From the NCBI GenBank assembly GCA_964016885.1, contig OZ024740.1:408518001-408582000 (forward strand): a stretch of DNA of 64,000 nucleotides, given 5' to 3'. A program made the translations under genes and the position numbers. Source of the DNA: Eledone cirrhosa. Lineage: Eukaryota. Below the pieces are notes generated by a model that saw nothing but the letters and a program-made list of their open reading frames with translations, made no database searches and was not told where the DNA came from. Shown one piece after another: positions 1 to 64,000 of the stretch. Each line of letters begins with the position of its first letter. Position 1 is the first letter of the stretch.

Positions 1-51
1 ATATGCATGCATATATATATATGTATGCATCTATACATATATATATGGATG

Positions 52-82
<31 letters not shown>

Positions 83-270
83 GGAAAAGAATGAAACGAA
101 ATTTCATTTCTCACTCTTAGTACGGCTGATACTTAAATGTAAGTATGTATGTATACGTACATACATATATGTATACAGGTGTACAGTAGTATATGTATAC
201 AGATGTACAATATATATACATTCTACTGTACGTCTGTATACATATATGTATGTACGTATACATACATACT

Positions 271-323
<53 letters not shown>

Positions 324-442
324 CGAAGGAATTGTGGTAAGGAACCAGATGGACCATAATGCACCAGAAAACTCAATACAAGGGGTAGTAGAGTGGGAGC
401 CGTCGAAACGGCTTGAGCTCTGCCGTCGGGGTCATACTTTTT

Positions 443-497
<55 letters not shown>

Positions 498-789
498 CCT
501 GAATGTATGCTAATAAACACTAAAGAAAGAGCCCTCAATATGTAATCATAGAAATAGATATACTATATTGTATAAAATATATGGCAAAATGGTGTATCCC
601 TTCTAAGAGTTTCTTGAAATTGTTTTTACTTCATTCTTCAGCCTTCAGAAAGTCACTGCAAGTGATACTTCAGAAAAATCCCCTCTGAAAAATCATCCCT
701 CAGGATGCATGTAAGAAATGTATATACACACTCACACACATGCCACATTCATACACAAGCATGTACATATATATATATAAACACACACA

Positions 790-2054
790 AGGTGTAACAT
801 TTAAATTGGGAGAAGTTTCAAATGGGTATATTTCTAATTGTATAGATTTTGTTGGAGTCTAAATTTTAAATAGTATCACCTTGAATAATCACTTATACTA
901 TTTTTTACTTTAGATTGAACAAATTATGAATGTTAATATAGAATTAAACCGTAGAAGTGCAAATGCTGAATTATTCAATGCCGGCAAAAGTGCTGGAGAG
1001 ATTGTTTAGAGCCACAAAGTATGCCAAATCTACTGTTTTTAGAGTTGTAGCCAATTTAAAGAAAAGTCAGGATGGTCAGAGAAAGCCTCACAGTCCTTGC
1101 AGCGACCAAAAATGCACACCTCGCTTCATAGCAGGACTTAGAAGATTGATTGAATCAAACCTATGAAAATTGATGGCTAATTTGGCTCAAGATCGAGGAA
1201 TAAGTAAATTGATCGTTTCAAGGGCTGTGAGACAAGACCTCCGTATGAAACTGTATGTGAAGAGACACAGTAACATCCTAACTACCTGCTCCAAAGTCAT
1301 TCAAGCTGAAAGAAGTCCCAAATTTCTTAGTCATCTGAAATATCTGTGCAGAGACATCCGCATCTTCATGGATGAAAAGAAGTTCGTCGTAGATGAAGTT
1401 GCAAACCATCTAAACTCATGAGTGATAGTGTACGACACTTCTCAAGTTCCTTCAGCTATGCATAGCAAGAATCCGGCTTCCATTATGATCTTTGGAGATG
1501 TTGCAAGGAATAAGATAAGAAATTAATGCCTGCTCATTTACTGAAGCTGGTCTCAAAATTAACACAGCAGAGTAACTCAAAATATTAGTTTTCTTGCCTT
1601 AGATTAGGAAGCATTATGATGTTGAGTCATATTTGTACAGGACTCTGTGCCTGACCATTCTTTGAAAAGAGTGCAAGAATTTTTGAAGAAGGAATTGCCT
1701 GTGTTTGTCCCTAAAGATATCTAGCCCTCTAGCTTGCCAGATTTGAATCCGTGTGATTTTTGGCTATGGGCGCAATTGAAGCAATATCCAACACAACTTT
1801 GTCTCTTCACTGAAGTCTTAAATCAAGTGAGATTTGGTAAAATGAAAAAGGAAGAAATAGTTAAGGCATGCTCATCATTTCGTAAACAGATTGAACTGGT
1901 AAAGAAAGTAAATGGTGGTCACATTAAACTAAAATAAGTGCTCAACACTCCACAATAAATTGGTATAAACATAAAATTTGCAGTGTTTGATTTTTCTGAG
2001 TAATACCAATTATAATAAAGATATTTAAATGATCCCAATTTACCTGTTACACCC

Positions 2055-2055
<1 letters not shown>
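790..2055 (+). mobile_element. Decayed Tc1/mariner-superfamily DNA transposon, DD37D (maT-type)
   Basis: TIRs ggtgtaacatttaaattggga / tcccaatttacctgttacacc; transposase remnants DEKKF, QDS..H, PDLNPCDFWLW; 37 residues between second and third Asp; stops and frameshifts. Confidence 0.85.
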
Positions 2056-2086
<31 letters not shown>

Positions 2087-2414
2087 GATATCCTCTGTTA
2101 TCGCATGTCTTAAAATGCGGACGAAACCATGGTAGAGGTAATTAAGTATGTACACATTTCTTCTAGTTTATTTTACACCTAATTCTGTTTAGTTGACTGT
2201 ATATCTGGTCGATTTATACATGCTGTCGAAATATTCGATAAATGACCCGTTGTAACCGCCGCGAAGGGGCTGCTTTCGGTTATTTGTCGGAGATTTCTTC
2301 ATAGGAGCCTTTATTCTTATAGCTTGGTCTAATTGATTTTTTATATGGTTAATTATGCTAATAGGGAGAGGAAACGGTATATATTTTATCTGGTGATTCT
2401 ATAGACATGTTTTA

Positions 2415-2490
<76 letters not shown>

Positions 2491-2778
2491 TTGTATGTAT
2501 ATATATTCATATATGTACACACACACACATTCATATGCATGCATATACATACACATATATATATATATATATATACATGTAATGTACTCATATATGAACA
2601 CCTGTATTATGCTCTTTATGTGATTTATCAAATGTCTTTACAAATTTTAATGTGAACATTTATATATAACAAAGTTTTCCACACATCTGTAGATGTGAAC
2701 ATATGATGACATATATTATATATATATATATATATATGCATATATTTATATATATTTATATATATATATATGCATATT

Positions 2779-2859
<81 letters not shown>

Positions 2860-3027
2860 GGATTAACAAATAATAGTTAAATGCAGTCCACTTAGGTGAA
2901 GTCCAGTTATGGTATTCCAGGTAGTGGATGATATTAACGCTTGGCTTGGTTTGACTCAACAAGGCGTTTTCATAGTGATGCTGCGGGTATGCTGTAATTC
3001 CTATGTTGTAAACACTTGGAGTAATAA

Positions 3028-3372
3028 TAAATCAGGAAAGAAGGTTTACATGGTTTGCTATACAAAAAAGTTTTTAATCACAGGGTCTCCTTAAATAGTT
3101 TATTGATAGCATTGTTGTAATAATTGTTGTTGTTATTGTTCTAATTGAATGCCATAACTACTCCATATTTTCTTTTCTTTTCTTGCCTGTGTATTTTCTT
3201 CATTCTCGCATGCTCCGAAGATCTGACTGGTTATAATTCTGTATTGGCAATCGAGTGACGCAAAATTAGGCGGATAGCGATCTCTAGACATACCAGCTCA
3301 GTGAAACAAATGTAAGCTATGTGATTAAAAACTTTTTTGTATAGCAAACCATGTAAACCTTCTTTCCTGATT

Positions 3373-3374
<2 letters not shown>
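3028..3374 (+). mobile_element. Penelope-like fragment with hammerhead-like motif (3209-3320) and inverted 55-bp tail copy
   Basis: gct-CCGAAGA-tctgactggt...accagctcagt-GAAAC-aaat-GTA-agc; 3028-3082 is the reverse complement of 3320-3374. Confidence 0.55.
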
Positions 3375-3409
<35 letters not shown>

Positions 3410-3411
3410 TA

Positions 3412-3453
<42 letters not shown>

Positions 3454-3455
3454 TA

Positions 3456-3558
<103 letters not shown>

Positions 3559-3586
3559 TATGTATCTGTCAATGATATATTGATTT

Positions 3587-59893
<56,307 letters not shown>

Positions 59894-61120
59894 CTGTAAG
59901 GAAGCAAAAATATTTTTAGATCATGTTTGAATTCTTATATAGGCATAAAACCAATATATTTTAATATTAATATACTTTTCTCAGTCAATGTATATTAGAT
60001 CAATATTTTAAGACCTGGGAGTTGAAACTGTTTTATTGACCTGGCTCAAGCAGGAGTTTATATCTGTTCTGCAATGTTTATTAGTGAAGGCTTTGTCGAT
60101 AGGGTATTTGGCTCATGATTGTAAGGTTGTGAGTTCGATTTCTGGCAATGCACTGTGTCCTTGAGCAAAATACTTTATTTTACATTGCCACAGTCCACTC
60201 AGCTGTAATTCAAAAGAGCAGCCATGTCACATTCTGTGTCATGCCGAATCTCCCAGAGAGCTACGTTAAGGGAACATGTGTTTGTGGAATGCTCAGCCAC
60301 TTGTACGTTAATTTCACGAGCAGGCTGTTCTGTTGATCATATCAACTGGAACACTCATCATCGTAACCAACGGAGTGTCACTAATACTAATGTAGCGTTC
60401 ATTATGTTTGGAACATTATTGGTTTCTTACATAGGTTCAATGTCAGAGACCCATAATAGAAATGCAGCTTGTGCCTAAATAATGGTTCCAGCTGAGGACA
60501 GCAATTGGGGGATGGACCCAGCTTGCAAGCTGTTTACCTATTCCTTACTGTTTAACACTTGTCACTAATAAATTAGGCAGTGTCACATATTTTATCATGT
60601 GCAAAAGAGTGTCATTTGCTTTATCTCTGCAGACAATATATCTTTGCTCAAGTATTTCTGGTCATTTTCATTCAAATTGAAATTACATCTAATTCAATGG
60701 TTACATATAAACTATGTTAACAAGCCCACTAGCATCTTGTTTTTTTTTCCTTTTTTTTTTTTGTTCACATGCCAGAAAAGAAATATATATGTAGCATATA
60801 TATGGTATGTTAACCTAGTAAAAGTTCTTATTCAAGCTAATCTAATGAAAACCTTTGAACTCACTAATATTATCAAATGACACATTTTTAATTTATAATG
60901 CCCAGGCCTCCTTTAAAAGTAATATGTCCCTACTGATGGTGTTCATTTTCAACTAGGGAACCTTGGACATTAAGAGTTAAGTGTATTTATCATGGATACA
61001 GTATAGTGACTAATATGAAACAAATCATGAAACCTTTGGCACCGTTCTGTTAGATTTGACTCACTAAATTTCATCAAACAAATAATAAATTAATTGTTTG
61101 TACTTTTGGCACATGATCAG

Positions 61121-61262
61121 CAATTACCCCAGTGCATTACTGGTACTTTATTTTATCGACCCCGTTAGGATGAAAGGCAAAGTTAACCTCAGCGGGACTT
61201 GAACTCAGACCATTAAGGGCCCTAACTCTATGCTGCAAAGCATGGTGTATGACACTCTTTGC
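61121..61262 (-). mobile_element. SINE family A
   Basis: Same core, reverse complement. Confidence 0.75.
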
Positions 61263-61923
61263 AAATACAATACAACATCCCCATCACTCTACCTCTCTTT
61301 TTCAATACATTACACTAAATATTATTCAAAATATCTCTTCCTTGAGATTCCATCTATTAATGACACAACACCATTTATTATTTGGTAAGAATGGCCAATG
61401 TGAATGGATCTATTTTCAGCATATGCCTGTAAGCTTGGAGAACACATTTGGGAGAACTGTTGGATTCCTTGCCTGGCCTTAGGTGGCTGTCCCCTCATAG
61501 TGCCACTTCATTTCATTCCTTTCATATGCCGTTGTTTTCCATACCTGTTTTTGTTTTTATGGTTGTTTCTGTAAAATCAATTTGTCTTTGTTATGTATCC
61601 GTAACTACAAAATTTGTGGCAAAGACAAGATGGGTTAAATGGAATAAGACCAAAAAGAAGAGGAGACACAGAAGAAGGACAAATATCATTGAGGAGGTCA
61701 CAGAATGTGTAACAAAAGAGATTTGAATAACTAACTAATAGCTAATAAGGAAGCTGAAGTAAAAATCGATTATTACGTGTTTTTGTTTGCAAAATTGGCA
61801 AAATGACCATCCCCAAATACCTGTTTCAAAACACGATTTGACATCAAGATTCTTGCAAAAGAAATACATAAATGAAAAAATCATTATTATTAAAACAAAG
61901 AATCGATTATCATCATTATTATT

Positions 61924-62203
61924 GGCGGGTTGACGTCATACACCATGCTTTGTGGCATAGAGTTACATCCCTTTACATTCCGAGTTCAAATCCCGCTGAG
62001 GTTAGCTTTGCCTTTCATCCTATGGGGTTGATAAAATAAAGTATCAGTAATGCACTAGGGTCGATTTAACCAACTTTCCCCACCCACCAAATTGTTGGCC
62101 TTGTACCTAAATGAGAAACCATTATTCATCCTTACGGGGTCGATAAAATAAAGTACCAGTAATGTACTGGGTAATTGCTGGCCTTGTGCCTAAAATAGAA
62201 ACA
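61924..62203 (+). mobile_element. SINE family A plus partial second copy
   Basis: Same head and core. Confidence 0.8.
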
Positions 62204-62214
62204 ATTATTATTAC

Positions 62215-63060
62215 TTTGTCAAGCAAAGAAAGATTGAAAGTGCAGCAGAGTATTTAGTCATCTATCAAGTCACAACAAGAACCTCAAACAGATATTACTT
62301 TCCTTAAAATATGTGCAGTGCCTAGCAAGGCTGATTTTTGTGTGACACCAATCTTGCATGGTGTTCCCAACCACTTTTAGAAGTCACCTTGGAACACACC
62401 CATTTTAATTTCTACTTCTCCAAAGAATACATTGCTCGAGTACAACTTGGCCTTCCATGCTATTATACTATTCAGAAGAAAATTTGTGATGTTGTCAGCA
62501 ATACCAACATCTGCAGGCAACAATCCAAGAATGAGGTACCATATCATATGTTCTGTTAAAGTCAATCCAAGCCATAGACATGATGGTATGATGTTTTTTA
62601 CAACACTTCAAAACTTATCGATCACCAGGTGATCGTTGGTACCCTGAGATCTTCTACATCCTTTTTGTTCCCTCAGTAATGTTCCTTTCTATAAGAGAAA
62701 TATTCCAATAAGTATCTTCCATATTATGTTCAGACATATTATAGGACAGTAGTTTCCTTACTTCTATCTTTTATTATAAGCGTTGTTCTTCCCATTACCA
62801 TCCAAGAGGGAGCTGCAGCTCTCTGGATACATTCAGTCAATTGAGTTGCTAGTCTTTCATAAACTTCATTACATCTCTTCAACCAAAAGCTATCGATGAT
62901 ATCTGGAGCTTTCCAGTTTGGTACTTTGGTCACTTCATCTCTCACATCAGCTGTGCTTATACTTATATCTCTTTATTTCCTCCTCACAATTTGGTCTTGG
63001 TGGTCTCTACTCACTCAGCATTCCTTCTATGCAACAGTTTCCCCAAATCTAATTCCAGAA
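62215..63060 (-). mobile_element. Internally deleted RLE-type LINE remnant
   Basis: NWKAPD..FWLK..PSWMVMGRTTLIIKD, GVFQGD, and terminal ACL(L)GTAHILR-like segment. Confidence 0.7.
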
Positions 63061-63098
63061 CTCCTTCGCCTGATCAGCATTAGGAACAGCATTCTTCC

Positions 63099-63305
63099 CA
63101 TGGCAGAATCGGTAGAACATTGGACAACATGCTTTATGACATTAAGTTACGGCCCTTTACGTTCTGAGTTCAAATCCTGCTGAAGTTAGCTTTGCCTTTC
63201 ATCCTTATGGGGTCGATAAAATAAAGCACCAGTAATGTACTGGGGTCGATTTAATCAACTTTCCCCTCCCCCAAAATTGCTGGCATTGTGCCTATAGTAG
63301 AAATC
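63099..63305 (+). mobile_element. SINE family A
   Basis: Same head and core. Confidence 0.8.
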
Positions 63306-64000
63306 ATTATTATTTAGTCTGGGGAAGAGGGACCTAGATATTGGAGGCCCTCCCAAGACAGGTAAAGTCGATGTAATTGATGCTAAACTCGTCTGACAGT
63401 TAGTCAGATAGATTTTTTAGAGTGTGCTCTAGAATGTTTGAGTATGTATAACAGCTGTTCTGTCTCATATTTGTGATGTGAACAGTGCTTCATGTGTGGT
63501 TCCCATGCTTGAACATTTAACAATTCATAAAATACTTCAACAGCATCAAATTCTGTCCATCAATTTCAAGAGTTTGTTTCAATGGTATGACTTCCAAAGG
63601 CTATATAGTCTAATACCTTTCTCAGTGGATAACCATAAAAATAAATATTTTTAATACTTTAACATTTCAATGGTGTGTAAAAGAATCTCTGCTTAGATTT
63701 TTTGTAACATAACGCTAGTGCCACCCAACTCCCTCCATAGAATGAATGTATATGAGAAACTGTTAGATGTTATAGTTTTAATGTCTGCCCTGTTTATAAA
63801 ATGCAGACATGATGTTGATGCACCGAATTACACACAAGAATATAGAGAGCTAGATGCCAAGAATGTGAATAATAAACTGAAAAACCAGCAATTCGTAACC
63901 TTCGAAAATACTTCATGATTTTAAAAACGATTTAGTAAATTATTGGAATATACCCAACCACAGACAAATGGCGGGAGGTAAAGAATTTCAAAATTGTTCA

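Noticed and set aside
61545-61568. 24-nt AG/GT-bounded micro-exon candidate upstream of exon A
   Set aside because: The frame required to join exon A (phase 0) contains TAA; it could only be non-coding and has no support.
63945-64000. Possible first coding exon at the window edge (..NNFEILYLPPFVCGW|gt)
   Set aside because: ATG would lie outside the window, the donor is weak and the peptide is a poor signal sequence; cannot be supported.

Overview
AT-rich, microsatellite-dense eukaryotic DNA; the repeat landscape suggests an octopod cephalopod (inference). One host gene spans nearly the whole window on the minus strand. I reconstructed 17 GT-AG coding exons by hand (59893 to 3587, 2226 nt, 741 aa, start exon not located). 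They encode a secreted astacin (M12A) zinc metalloprotease with prodomain, RKKR furin site, HEVGHAIGLVHEH motif, SVMHY Met-turn, one EGF-like domain and eight ShKT domains. The introns and flanks are packed with mobile DNA. A near-intact RTE-clade LINE (APE + RT with an internal PHD finger, broken only by one extra A) abuts a 7.5-kb three-tier tandem array at its 5' end. A second RTE family forms a 1.5-kb inverted pair around a catalytic-domain exon. Also present are RLE-type LINE fragments, maT/mariner fossils, Helitron-like elements, TTAA MITEs and tRNA-derived SINEs. Many (TA)n-embedded Penelope-type fragments carry hammerhead ribozyme motifs, two apparently intact, including a U3:A8 core variant with covariation.
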